From NCBI GenBank assembly GCA_002269645.1, contig NIVC01001383.1, positions 51,160 through 115,159 on the forward strand: a stretch of 64,000 nucleotides of DNA. The letters run 5' to 3'. The DNA is from Macrostomum lignano (Eukaryota). A program made the position numbers and the translations under genes. The notes under the pieces were generated by a model. That model was not told the DNA's origin. It was given only the letters and a program-made list of their open reading frames with translations, and ran no database searches. Below, one piece after another: positions 1-13,600 of the stretch (position 1 is the first letter of the stretch; each line of letters starts with the position of its first letter).

Positions 1-1505
1 CTCTACCGCTCTCCCCCGCTCTCTTCTCTACCGCTCTCCCCTGCTCTCTTCTCTACCGCTGTCCCCTGCTCTCTTCTCTACCGCTCTCCCCCGCTCTCTT
101 CTTTACCGCTCTCCCCCGCTCTCTTCTCTACCGCTGTCCCCTGCTCTCTTCTCTACCGCTCTCCCCTGCTCTCTTCTCTACCGCTCTCCCCTGCTCTCTT
201 CTCTACCGCTCTCCTCTGCTCTCTTCTCTACCGCTCTCCCCTGCTCTCTTCTCTACCGCTCTCCCCTGCTCTCTTCTCTACCGCTCTCCCCTGCTCTCTT
301 CTCTACCGCTCTTCCCTGCTCTCTTCTCTACCGCTCTCCCCTGCTCTCTTCTCTACCGCTCTCCCCTGCTCTCTTCTCTACCGCTCTCCCCTGCTCTCTT
401 CTCTACCGCTCTCCCCTGCTCTCTTCTCTACCGCTCTCCCCTGCTCTCTTCTCTACCGCTCTCCCCTGCTCTCTTCTCTACCGCTCTCCCCTGCTCTCTT
501 CTCTACCGCTCTCCCCTGCTCTCTTCTCTACCGCTCTCCCCTGCTCTCTTCTCTACCGCTCTCCCCTGCTCTCTTCTCTACCGCTCTCCCCTGCTCTCTT
601 CTCTACCGCTCTCCCCTGCTCTCTTCTCTACCGCTCTCCCCTGCTCTCTTCTCTACCGCTCTCCCCTGCTCTCTTCTCTACCGCTCTCCCCTGCTCTCTT
701 CTCTACCGCTGTCCCATGCTCTCTTCTCTACCGCTCTCCCATGCTCTCTTCTCTACCGCTCTCCCCTGCTCTCTTCTCTACCGCTCTCCCCTGCTCTCTT
801 CTCTACCGCTCTCCCCTGCTCTCTTCTCTACCGCTGTCCCATGCTCTCTTCTCTACCGCTCTCCCATGCTCTCTTCTCTACCGCTCTCCCCTGCTCTCTT
901 TTCTACCGCTCTCCCCTGCTCTCTTCTCTACCGCTCTCCCCTGCTCTCTTCTCTACCGCTCTCCTCTGCTCTCTTCTCTACCGCTCTTCCCTGCTCTCTT
1001 CTCTACCGCTCTCCTCTGCTCTCTTCTCTACCGCTCTTCCCTGCTCTCTTCTCTACCGCTCTCCCATGCTCTCTTCTCTACCGCTCTCCCCTGCTCTCTT
1101 CTCTACCGCTCTCCCCTGCTCTCTTCTCTACCGCTCTCCCCTGCTCTCTTCTCTACCGCTGTCCCATGCTCTCTTCTCTACCGCTCTCCCATGCTCTCTT
1201 CTCTACCGCTCTCCCTGCTCTCTTTTCTACCGCTCTCCCCTGCTCTCTTCTCTACCGCTCTCCCCTGCTCTCTTCTCTACCGCTCTCCTCTGCTCTCTTC
1301 TCTACCGCTCTTCCCTGCTCTCTTCTCTACCGCTCTCCTCTGCTCTCTTCTCTACCGCTCTTCCCTGCTCTCTTCTCTACCGCTCTCCCATGCTCTCTTC
1401 TCTACCGCTCTCCCCTGCTCTCTTCTCTACCGCTCTCCCCTGCTCTCTTCTCTACCGCTCTCCCCTACTCTCTTCTCTACCGCTCTCCCCTACTCTCTTC
1501 TGTAC
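1..1505. repeat. 25-bp minisatellite (CTCTACCGCTCTCCCCTGCTCTCTT)n, ~60 copies, runs off the window start; presumably GMPPA intron
   Basis: Direct 25-bp periodicity; ORFs 716..1528, 741..1631 and 841..1518 are translations of this repeat. Confidence 0.97.
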
Positions 1506-1685
1506 CCCGTTCTTATAAGATCCCGTAGATCCGTCAGAATAACCATTAAAGAGAAACTCATAGGCTTGGGTACTTTTGAAAAGCTCAACAATACAGCACT
1601 GATCCTCATCAACATTTTCACCTTGATTTGAATTCAAGTCAGGTGTCTATATACCATATATCTAATCAATGAAACTCCTATTCAG

Positions 1686-4600
1686 ATAATGCACTATGTA
1701 GAGAAGCCGGCCACATTTGTCAGCACAATGATCAATTGCGGCGTGTACATACTCAGCCCCAGCATTTTTCAATACTTAAAATCGGCCGTTAAAGTGCACA
1801 AAGATGCACATTTCACGTGAGAAACTCTGCTCCATACGTTCTAAATTTTGAGTTTTTACAAAATATTAACAACTGCGCCTTATGCATGCATTAATAATCT
1901 ATAAATCTATTCCTTGCAGCTTCGATCTGTCCTCTCAGTGCAACGAGTGCGTTCAGATGGAACAAGAGGTATTCCAGCCATTGGCTAGTCGTAACTGCCT
2001 ATTTGCTTACGTCACGACCCGCTTCTGGAGTCAGGTCAAAACCGCTGGGTGAGGCTTCCGTATATATATAGATTCTTTTCACTGTTGACAATACTGCAGG
2101 ATAGCGAGATACTGCGTAGTTGTAATTCTCGACTGTGTAACATTCTCAAGCTCTTCTCTGCCGCTCTTCCCGAACTTTACTACCTACTCAGTTCTGTTCC
2201 CGAACTTTACTACCTACTCAGTTCTCTTCCCGAACTTTACCACCTACTCAGTTCTCTTCCCGAACTTTACCACCTACTCAGTTCTCTTCCCGAACTTTAC
2301 CACCTACTCAGTTCTCTTCCCGTAGTTTACCACCTACTCAGTTCTCTTCCCGAAGTTTACCACCTACTCAGTTCTCTTCCCGGATTTACCACCTACTCAG
2401 TTCTCTTCCCGGATTTACCACCTACTCAGTTCTCTTCCCGAAGTTTACCACCTACTCAGTTCTCTTCCCGAAGTTTACCACCTACTCAGTTCTCTTCCCG
2501 AAGTTTACCACCTACTCAGTTCTCTTCCCGAAGTTTACCACCTACTCAGTTCTCTTCCCGAACTTTACCACCTACTCAGTTCTCTTCCCGAACTTTACCA
2601 CCTACTCAGTTCTCTTCCCGAACTTTACCACCTACTCAGTTCTCTTCCCGAAGTTTACCACCTACTCAGTTCTCTTCCCGGATTTACCACCTACTCAGTT
2701 CTCTTCCCGGATTTACCACCTACTCAGTTCTCTTCCCGAAGTTTACCACCTACTCAGTTCTCTTCCCGAAGTTTACCACCTACTCAGTTCTCTTCCCGAA
2801 GTTTACCACCTACTCAGTTCTCTTCCCGAACTTTACCACCTACTCAGTTCTCTTCCCGAACTTTACCACCTACTCAGTTCTCTTCCCGAACTTTACCACC
2901 TACTCAGTTCTCTTCCCGAAGTTTACCACCTACTCAGTTCTCTTCCCGGATTTACCACCTACTCAGTTCTCTTCCCGGATTTACCACCTACTCAGTTCTC
3001 TTCCCGAAGTTTACCACCTACTCAGTTCTCTTCCCGAAGTTTACCACCTACTCAGTTCTCTTCCCGGATTTACCACCTACTCAGTTCTCTTCCCGGATTT
3101 ACCACCTACTCAGTTCTCTTCCCGGATTTACCACCTACTCAGTTCTCTTCCCGAACTTTACCACCTACTCAGTTCTCTTCCCGAACTTTACCACCTACTC
3201 AGTTCTCTTCCCGAACTTTACCACCTACTCAGTTCTCTTCCCGGATTTACCACCTACTCAGTTCTCTTCCCGAACTTTACCACCTACTCAGTTCTCTTCC
3301 CGGATTTACCACCTACTCAGTTCTCTTCCCGAACTTTACCACCTACTCAGTTCTCTTCCCGAATTTTACCCCAATTCAGTTGTCTTCCCGAACTTTACCC
3401 TCTTTTTGATAAAAAAGCAAACAAAAAATATAAATTTGCATTTCTGAAAGATATCTATTTTGAGCAGATTTGTTTGTTAGAGCTGAAGATTTAAAATTTT
3501 GTAGAGCGTTTAGTCAATCAGTGAAAAATATCGCTTAGCTATAAATACTCGTAGAAAGTCGAAAATCAATCCAGACCACAAAACTGAGGTTTGACCGGTT
3601 CTCTTCATCTGCTTAGTAGCTGATTGCAATATATATGAAAAGGTAGTGGCTATTTTACTGTACAATAGAGGAAATTATAAGACAATAGAGGAAAGAAGAA
3701 TACGTACGAAGCGACACTGTGCGTTAGACATTAGTAGGCAGCTGTTCGTTTTGCACAAACCGTGTGTCCTCTCCATCAATCATCGAGTTGCACAAAAAAT
3801 CCGATTTCGGATGGATTCAACGAGGCCTCATTGCCTTCCATTGTCGTGACTCTCTCCGATGCTGACTTGGCCGGAGTTGGAGGAGCCGAGCAGTTCAGTT
3901 AATCTCGAAGGTTGGCCCAGCTGTTCGCTTGTGGCTTCTAAGTAGGTAATGCGTCGTTCGATTCTATGCCTGGTTGCGGCATCTAGCAGAGGCGAATTAT
4001 CGCCCGGTACATCTGGCAAGAATGCGCTGCTGCAAGCTGGCCGAAATGGCCCTCGAATGCGACGCAGACTTGCGATCAATTGATCTGCATTTGCTTGCCG
4101 TGCATAAACCTGGTGACAGCAGTACGCACTTCTAGCCTTCAGATTGTCCACTTTGGCTAAGAGAACTTCAACTTCTAGTCTTTTGTCCTTTAATTCCTTC
4201 GCGATACTTTCAAATGCCTGCAGGATATTGAGCTTCTCCGAATTCATCAGCTCAACTTGGCTGTTCAAAGACCGAATTTGGCAGCTTTTTTCTTCCAGAT
4301 GCAACAATAGCGTCTTTAATTGATGAGCAGTATCAGCCGCGGGATTTTGCTCTACATCGGCTGCTGTCCCGACGAAGCTAGTCTGTGTGTGCGTTTCTGC
4401 AGTAACCCGAGGCTCCAATGACTTTTGTCGATCGATTTGAGCACTCGGAGATTCAGCAGTTTCATTGAATTCCTTTAATTTTGTCATCGCTTCGGCCAGT
4501 TTGCATCGCTCAGCTTCCAACTGTTCTTCAGCAGCCTTTCGACAATCGATTTCGGTAGCTTTCAGCTGCATAACACTGCTCAGTTGCTTTGATAGCTCAG

Positions 4601-7600
4601 CAACTTGAATAGCACTCGCATTCAGCTCCTTTGTCAGATCACTTGTTGAAAGCTTTTCGGCTTGAAGCTGTTTTTCTACAGCGATTCGCTGTACCGTCTC
4701 TTGATCGATCTTGTCAGTCAGCGACAGATTCTCAGCACGAAGGAAGTCTATTTCAACGCCGCAAGCTTTAAGCTCTGACTCGAGATCGCCTTGCATCCGA
4801 TCTTTAGCTGTCCTATGTTCGTCAATGATTTCCTTGAACTCTTTGCTGAATTCTAACTGAGCATCAATCAGAGATTTAAGTTCAAGACATTTCGATTCCA
4901 AAATTTTTACCTGTTGTAACAATCCGTCGCATCGTTGAGTCGCACTCTGAATAGCGAAATTTTTCTCTCGAATTTGCACTTTCAGCCTCACTATCTCGCT
5001 GGACTTTTTATCAATTTCATTAATTAAGTCTCTCTCGCGAGTCTTTGCTTGATTCTCCAGCATCTGTCGGTTTTTCTGCTCTTGCATATGAGCAGCACTC
5101 AGCACTCGAGCCTCTTCAACTGATTCCTTGAGCTGCGCTTGTATTGTTTCCAAGTGTTGATTGTACTGTTCCGCATCCAGCTGCTTGGAGTCAGTAAGGC
5201 TAGCAATCTGTTCGGCTGCATCCTTGAGCTCAGCCTTTATTGTATGTATCTGTTGAGCATCACACTGTTTTGACTCTGTCAGACTAGCAATCTGCTCGGC
5301 TGAATCTTTGAGCTCAGCCTTCATTCTTTCTATCTGTTGCTGGTACTGATCAGCATCGAGCTGCTTGGATTCTGTCAAGCTCGCAATCTCTTCAGTTGCA
5401 TCCTTGAGTCGACCCTTCATTGTTTCCAGTTGTTGAGCATCAGGCTGCTTGAACGCGGTCAGACTAGCAATCTGTTCAGCTGCATCCTTGAGCTCAGCTT
5501 TCATTGTTTCTATCTGTTGATTGTATTGATCAGCATCATGCTTCTTAGACTCAATCAGTGTAGCTATCTGTTCAGATGCACTCTTAAGCTCAGACTTCAT
5601 TGTTTCGAGCTGTTGATGGTATTGATCAGCATCATGCTTCTTGGACTCAATCAGTGTAGCTATCTGTTCAGATGCACTCTTAAGCTCAGACTTCATTGTT
5701 TCGAGCTGTTGATGGTATTGATCAGCATCATGCTTCTTGGACTCAATCAGTGTAGCTATCTGTTCAGATGCACTCTTAAGCTCAGACTTCATTGTTTCGA
5801 GCTGTTGATGGTATTGATCAGCATCATGCTTCTTGGACTCAATCAGTGTAGCTATCTGTTCAGATGCACTCTTAAGCTCAGACTTCATTGTTTCGAGCTG
5901 TTGATGGTATTGATCAGCATCATGCTTCTTGGACTCAATCAGTGTAGCTATCTGTTCAGATGCACTCTTAAGCTCAGACTTCATTGTTTCGAGCTGTTGA
6001 TGGTATTGATCAGCATCATGCTTCTTGGACTCAATCAGTGTAGCTATCTGTTCAGATGCACTCTTAAGCTCAGACTTCATTGTTTCGAGCTGTTGATGGT
6101 ATTGATCAGCATCATGCTTCTTGGACTCAATCAGTGTAGCTATCTGTTCAGATGCACTCTTAAGCTCAGACTTCATTGTTTCGAGCTGTTGATGGTATTG
6201 ATCAGCATCATGCTTCTTGGACTCAATCAGTGTAGCTATCTGTTCAGATGCACTCTTAAGCTCAGACTTCATTGTTTCGAGCTGTTGATTGTACTGCTCC
6301 GCATCAAGCTGCTTAGAATCAGTAAGGCTAGCGATCTTTTCAGTTGCATCCTTGACCTGAGCCTTCATTGTTTCCAGTTGTTGATGGAACTGATCAGCAT
6401 CCAGCTGCTTTGACTCTGTCAAACTGGCAATCTGTTCAACTGCATCCTTGAGCTCAGCCTTCATTGCTTCCAGCTGTTGATTGTACTGGTCCGCATCAAG
6501 CTGCTTGGACTCGGTTAGATGCGCAGTCTTTTCAGATGCATTCTTAAGCTCAGCCTTCATTGCCTCTATCTGTTGCTGATGTTGGTCAGTATCGAGCTTG
6601 ATGGTCTCAGTCAAGCTAGCAATCTTTCCATTTGCATCCGTCAGGTCAGCCTTCATTGCTTCCAGTTGTTGATGGAACTGGTCAGCATCCAGCTGCTTTG
6701 ACTTTGTCAAACTGGCCATCTGTTCAGCTGCATCCTTGAGCTTAGTCTTCATTGCTTCCAGCTGTTGGTTGTACTGCTCCGCATCAAGCTGCCTGGAGTC
6801 AGTCAGGATGGAAATCTGTTCAACTGCATCCTTGAGCTCAGTCTTCACAGTTTCTATCTGTTGATTGTACTGATCAGCATCATGCTTTTTGGACTGAGTC
6901 AGGCTAGCAATCTGTTCCAATGCATTCTTAAGATCAGCCTTCAGTGTTTCCAACTGTTGAGCATCAAGGTGCTTAGACTCGGTCAGACAAGCAATCTGTT
7001 TAGCTGCATCTTTGAGTTCGGCTTTCATTCTTTCTATGTCTTGATTGTATTGATCAGCATCAAACTTTTTCGACTCAGTCAGGTTATAAATCTCTTCAGA
7101 TGCATTCTTGAGCTCGGACTTCATTCTTTCCAGCTGCTGATTGTACTGCTCTGCATTTTTAAGCTCAGTCGTCATTGCCTCTATCTGTTGCTGATGTTGG
7201 TCAGTATCGAGCTTGATGGTCTCAGTCAAGCTAGCAATCTTTCCATTTGCATCCGTCAGCTCAGCCTTCATTGCTTCCAGCTGTTGATGAAACTGGTCAG
7301 CATCCAGCTGCTTTGACTCTGTCAAACTGGCAATCTGTTCGGCTGCATCTTTGAGCTGGGCTTTCATTGCTTCCAGCTGTTGGTTGTACTGCTCCGCATC
7401 GAGCTGCTTGGACTGGGTCAGATTAGCAATCTGCTCAGCTGCATCTTTGAGCTGGGCCTTCATTGTTTCTGTCTGTTGGTTGTACTGCTCTGCATCGAGC
7501 TGCTTAGCCTGGGTCAGATTAGCAATCTGCTCAGCTGCATCTTTGAGCTGGGCCTTCATTGCTTCCAGCTGTTGGTTGTAATGCTCCGCATCAAGCTGCT

Positions 7601-10600
7601 TAGACTGGGTCAGATTAGCAATCTGCTCAGCTGCATCTTTGAGCTCAGTCGTCATTGCTTCTATCTGTAGATGAGATCGGTCAGCATCAAGCTTCTTGGA
7701 CTCAGTAAGGCTAGAAATCTGTTCAGCTGCATCCTTGAGTACAGCATTCATTCTTTCAATCTGTTGATTGTACTGATCATTATCGATCGTCTTGGACTCA
7801 ATCAAGCTAGTCATCTGTTTGGCAGTATTACTCTGTTCAACTGCATCCTTGAGCTGAGCCTTCAATGTTTCAATCTGTTGCTGGTATTGATCAGTATCGA
7901 GCTGCTTCGATTTGGTCAAACTAGCAATCTGTTGGCCTGCGTCTTTCAGCTGAGCTTCCATTCTTTCTATTTGCTGATGGAACTGATCAGCATCGAACTG
8001 CTTGGACTCGGTCAGACTAGCAATCTTTTCAGCTGCATCCTTAAGCTGAGCCTGCATGGTCTCAGTCGTTTCACTGTGTTGGTCAATATTAAACTGTCTT
8101 GTCTCATTCAGTTTTGAAACTTGTTCAGTCGCATCATCAATTTGAGTGTTGAGGATCTTAATCTGTTTGCTATGATGCTCAATCTCGCATCGCCTAGTCT
8201 CGGACAGACTACGCAGCTGCTCTTGCAGCTCACCAATATGGTCATCTTTTTTAGACAGTCCTTGTTGCATTTCGATCAGATGCTGTGTTTTATCAGTAAG
8301 TCTCTGTTCAAGCGTCTTGATATATTCGTGATCAGTCTTTCTTGCCTCCAGAAGGCTCCGCAGCTGCTCCTGTAACTCTTCATTAAGTCCAATTTTTAAG
8401 TTGAGCTCCGAGGTAAGAGAGCTTGCAGATTGTTTCTCAGAGTCCAACTGTTCTTGTAGTCGTATCACGCCCGTCTCGCTCTCCTGCCTCTGAGTGAGCG
8501 CATCGAGCTCTTGCCTGTACCGCTCGATTTCACTATTTCTGTCCTCCAGCTCAGCCAGAGCCCGAATGAGTCGCTGCCTCTCATCGGCGAGCTCCTGTCG
8601 CAGCTCAGCGATCTGCGAGTCGCTAATTGGCGTAGTATCATCTTGAGTGCTGACGTTTATCTTATTGCCAAACTTGTCCTCTGCATCTTGCAGTTGCCTA
8701 TTCAATTCTCTCATCTCTTGGCTCATTTGTCCTAGTTCGCTCAGAACTTTTCTGAGTCTAGCTCGCTCGTCTTGCAACATTTGCTCTCGCTTTTCCACTG
8801 AATCATCAGAAAAGTTGCCTGTCTGCTGGCCTTCGCTTTCACTTGCTCTAGCAATCAAGCGATGAAGAGCCTCTTCATTGTGCTCCAGCTTCTGCTGCAG
8901 GCCAATCAAAGCTTCAGGTTCGACACCCTGACGCCTATCGGAAACACCTAAATTCATCCTCGGACTGGTAGATGCCAACTCCGACTTCTCGTCGCTGCTC
9001 GTCGCCTCTGTTGTCATTGGAGAGCAGCGGTCAACTCCGTCTTGCCGGGCCGACTCGTCGGTCAGGTGAGCGAAAATCGTCGCGTCCTGGCAGGCGCTGG
9101 ACGTCTCGGACTCGCCGGCTGCGCTGGTCAGTCGGGTTCGCTTCGCGGCTTCATCAGGTCTGGGAGACAAACTGCTTTGTTGTGATGATAGGGTACCGTG
9201 CTCTTGTCAACGATTTTTTTAATTGAGCATATCGTGGTTCATGCCAATATTTTAAAAAGAATAACTTAATAGTACAAAATTACGAATGTCAAGGAAACCT
9301 TCTCTTGCGACTCTAATAGGAATAAAAGCTCCATGGATGCTAACCCATTGATCTGAGAAGGAACTGCATTTAATTGATCTTTAATAGTCCCGTTTTCTTG
9401 CGTTTGATAATAAAAAATCACTGGAAACTATAAAATCTATGCAGTTGATTTCTGTCACAAACTGTTTAGAGTAAATAAGTAAACTCACCTGTCCAGCTCC
9501 ATCTCGATGTTCCAGTCAGCCCTGTCGGGAGCCACGTCCATCGTTACCGCCGATTCAGTTGGCGGGTTCGACAACTGAAAATGCAGCAAAAGACTTTAAA
9601 TTAACATTAACATAGCTCTTTAAAGTCGATATGATTCAACGTTCTTACGAGCTACTAGCAATCAGCACTCCCCCCCTGTTGGAGGCAACAAAGAAACGAA
9701 AAATGTTTTCACCCTGTATTGTTAGTACAGTATATTCTAAGGAAAATGATTTTTAAAGCACAAAAGCATCAGCCCTGAAAGCCAGATATTTAGCTCCCAA
9801 GATATCAGCATCCCCTGTAAGCTTTGGTATCAAAGCCTCCCTTTAACCCTAACTCTTCCTTTGATCTACCTTTGGCTTGACCTACCAGCCACTTACAGTT
9901 GACTCTTGGCATTTCAGCAACCCCCTCATAAGTATTGGCATCTCATCGATTACCCCGTGGGTCTTAGCGTCTCAGCAATTCTCCCCAAGAGCCACAGCAT
10001 TTCAGAAATTCCCTCCCCGAGCCTTGACATCTCAGCAACCCCCCATAAGCCTTGACATCTCAGCAACTTCCCATTATAGCCTTGACATCTCAACAACCCC
10101 CCCCATGAGCCTTGAATCCTCAAAACTCACCCATGAGCTTTGACATTTCAAAACTCACCCATGAGTCTTGACATTTCAAAACTCACCCATGAGCTTTGAC
10201 ATTTCAAAACTCACCCATGAGTCTTGACATTTCAAAACTCACCCATGAGTCTTGACATTTCAAAACTCACCCATGAGCTTTGATATCCTAAAATTCACCC
10301 ATGAGTCTTGACATCTCAGCAATTTCCCCTGCAAGAGTTGACATCACAGTGATTCTCCCCCAAGAGTCACAGAATTATAGTAATCCCCCCGAGCCTTGGC
10401 ATCAAAGCAATTTCCGAAATGAGCCTTGAAGTCTTGGCGCTTCCACAAATAATCTTTTATGTTCGACATGGTGGTTATTTTATGGTTTAATCCTCCCTAA
10501 CCCTAACTGTGCTTAAAGTCACAGCATATCAGCCATCCTCCCATGAGCCACAGCATTTCAGCAATCCCCCCATAAGTTTTGGCATCTCAGCAATTCCCCA

Positions 10601-13600
10601 TGAGCCTTGAGCCTTCAGCCACAGTATTTCAGATACCCCCATGAACCCTGACAACCCAGCAGTTCACCCCCTCCATGAGCCTTGACATCTTAGCAATTCG
10701 ACCACCAGTCTTTTATGGTTAAACACTAACCTTGCCCTAACCCTGCCCCTAAACCCACCTAAAATTTCCAACTAAAATCTAACAAGAAACTGTCATAATA
10801 CCTTCGTAAGGTGTTCATCACTCTTCGATCCGGTTTCTGTATCTTCCATGGTCTAAAAAATGAAGGTTGCTTGTACGCGGTAGCATGCTAATACTGCATA
10901 TTTGTGCAGCTTAAAGGTATAAGTGGGTTTAAACCTGTTCATAAATACCATTAAACACCTTCTGTATCTAGATCTAGGTTGTTTCTCAGTGTTTCTCAAA
11001 ATACAGCTGCCACTACATTTTGGCTTTCATCGAAAACATCGTGATGGATGCTAAGACATCCGGATATCACATAAAGCAGATCTGGATCCACTAATTCAAC
11101 ACTAAGCAGCCCAGCAACAGCAACTCACCAAAAGATTCGGCCGCATCATTTCAATCTCAGTAGGCAAGCAGTGGCTGCTGTTTGAATTTTTACCGTCCTC
11201 GCCGCCTTCTTCGCCACCGCTAGCGCAGTTCTGACTATTAGAGTCCGCAAGTTTATTAACGTCATCCGACATTTTTATCTACAAGAAATTACAATACTAA
11301 CCGCTTAATTTGTGGTTAGAAGTCAGGCTGAGCTTCCTAACTTCAAGGCGATCGAAGCAAATTCTAGACAACTGATTTCTTGTTAAGAAGGCGTCAAATT
11401 TTAACAAATACAACAACAGGCAGATCAATAAATTTATATCTATGGCCAAACGTAATTGCCCGGGAGCTAAAATAATGCAGGGTAGTGAAATAAGTTTACA
11501 AAAACAGAAGTGCACACACACTTGAACATTCTTGCTTCTTTTTAAAAGAAAACTTACGAAACCACATCTGAACCGGAGACAGTCTCTGCCGTCATTACTT
11601 GACTGTCCGAAGTTTCACATTTAACAGTATCGGAACCGGCGCATGAAGCTGGCTGGATATAGGTTTACTGGCTTTGCCTTATAGACCTTATGTTCATTCT
11701 GCAGTTCTGGATGGAGCCAAAAATCACTGTTTTACCATGCGATAGTGCGAGTGATTTACGGTTTCAGGAACTTCATAGTCTTCATAGTTTCTCGGCTCTG
11801 TACGTTGAATGATGTGGACCATGCTAAGCTGTCTAATTGCCAGCCGCTCGAATAACAAATTGTGCCAGCGGCACGGAAGCATCCTTGTCTTCTCCTTGTA
11901 CTTTGAATAGTGCATAATCAATACAATAATATACAATAGTATCATTTCTTAATGCCTACTCTAGAGGTTCTTGGGGTTTTTTCAGAATCATAGTGCCATT
12001 TGGCATCCCAGGCCCTCTAAAATATTCAACGAAAAGGAACGGGTGAATTCGTATTTGAACTCACGAAATGCATATAGTAAATCGAGTTAAAGGCAAATTA
12101 GAAACAAGAAAGAACGTAAAAGCAACAAACAAACACATTTCAAGACAAAGTGCCGCTGTAGCAGTCGCAGAGCACGCGAATAAAAAGATTAATTTTATGC
12201 ATCCCACTTTGCCTGTACGCCTTGTCTATGTCGCTAGTGCTTTGCTAGCGGAGATTCTCACTAAGTAACCTCCGCTGCCATAGACAATAAAATTAAAACC
12301 GTGAGTCAGATCGAGTTGATTCATGGATGAAGGAATAGAAATGATTGCTCATCTGAAAGCGAGTCTATGACCAAGACTTCCTAAAAATTGGGATATTACC
12401 CCCATGAATTTCATTGGCTGCTTGAATTTAATAAGTCCCCCCCCCCCAATTTTTTAATGGCTGAAGCTTGTACGCGGGGGAAATTCAACGCGCATGCTAG
12501 GCTGTGGTATTAACATAGATAACCTTTTCTCTTGTTTCAAATGCTAATTTCTTTCCCTTAAACGTCCTAGCCCAAAGGAAGAAAGCAGTTATAGATGTCT
12601 AACGTTAATCGTGACTTTGGAATTCCCCCCCGTACAAACTGCAGCAAGTAAGAAATTAGGGGACTATTATTAAATTCAAGCAGTCAATGAAATTCATGGG
12701 GGGGAATATCCCAATTTTAAGGAAGGGGGTCTTGGCCATAGACTCGCTTTCAGATGAGCAATCCTTTCTATTCCTTCATCCATGGGTTGATTGAACACTT
12801 TCTTCTTCTACCATAGACAAAACGTGTCCCGCTAATACAGGGAGCGGAGAATGCTCATAATCTCCGTGAATCTAGTCAATATTCTCCGCTCCTTGCATTC
12901 GTGGAATACATTTCAATAACTAACTGAAACTCGGAGAATGTCTATGGCAAATCTCCTCGTTTACTGTAGGTTATTATACATAAGCACCATCCCAGGTCAG
13001 CTAAAACCTATTACAGAGCCGGTGAAACCGTCCCCGAAATCGTGATAGAGTATTCGAAATTAGTTAGAAAATTAGAAATCCATCTGTATAAAATTCTTGA
13101 TGAAGTTTTGGCATCGCAGGTCCACAAACTCAGGATGCCACGAAACCCAGGCCTATTGATCTTCGCTAATTGAACTACGCATTATAGACTTTATTAAGCT
13201 GTAGTTTTATTATTTTTAAATGAAAATTAAACGAGAAATAATATAAAAGCATACAATAATAAATGAATAACGCCATAGCACAATGTTTGAATTTAGGAAA
13301 ATAACGCCAAGAGTGGGCAACATTCGCTTGCACTTTGTGAACATGTAGCTAACGCAGTATTTAGCAGTGTTAAAATAACCTGAGGGTCCGTGGAACAGTG
13401 ATTGATAATGAAATATTAAAAAGTTTTTTAATGCTTCGTGATACACGACACACGATAACGATATGATTGACGTGTTTCAGTCATTGATTTAAATTATTAA
13501 AGCATTAAAGGGTTTTTCATGCCTCAAACTCCAGAGCCGCCATTTATGCCAACCGCCACATGCTGGAGCTGTACCGCACCAGCCACCCAGACCGGTTGGC

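Noticed and set aside
1452-1637. Minus-strand ORF containing QCCIVE, reminiscent of GMPPA YGCIVE
   Set aside because: Wrong strand for GMPPA, the similarity is only a few residues, and there is no splice support.
716-3494. Long ORFs 716..1631 and 2049..3494 (the same applies to ORFs at 14018-14783, 19403-22003, 36406-37476, 45774-46988, 47684-48729, 54426-56041 and 57808-58309)
   Set aside because: They are stop-free translations of minisatellites in several frames at once, lying inside introns defined by conserved flanking exons or in intergenic arrays.
5337-8375. Plus-strand ORFs such as 5337..6413 and 6765..7316
   Set aside because: Shadow frames antisense to the repetitive coiled-coil exon, with a Leu/Cys-rich composition typical of reverse-complement artefacts.
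9843-10760. TAACCCTAAC motifs (about 9845, 10497, 10735) as telomere remnants or Helentron signatures
   Set aside because: One or two units each, with no terminal hairpin or boundaries that I could define.
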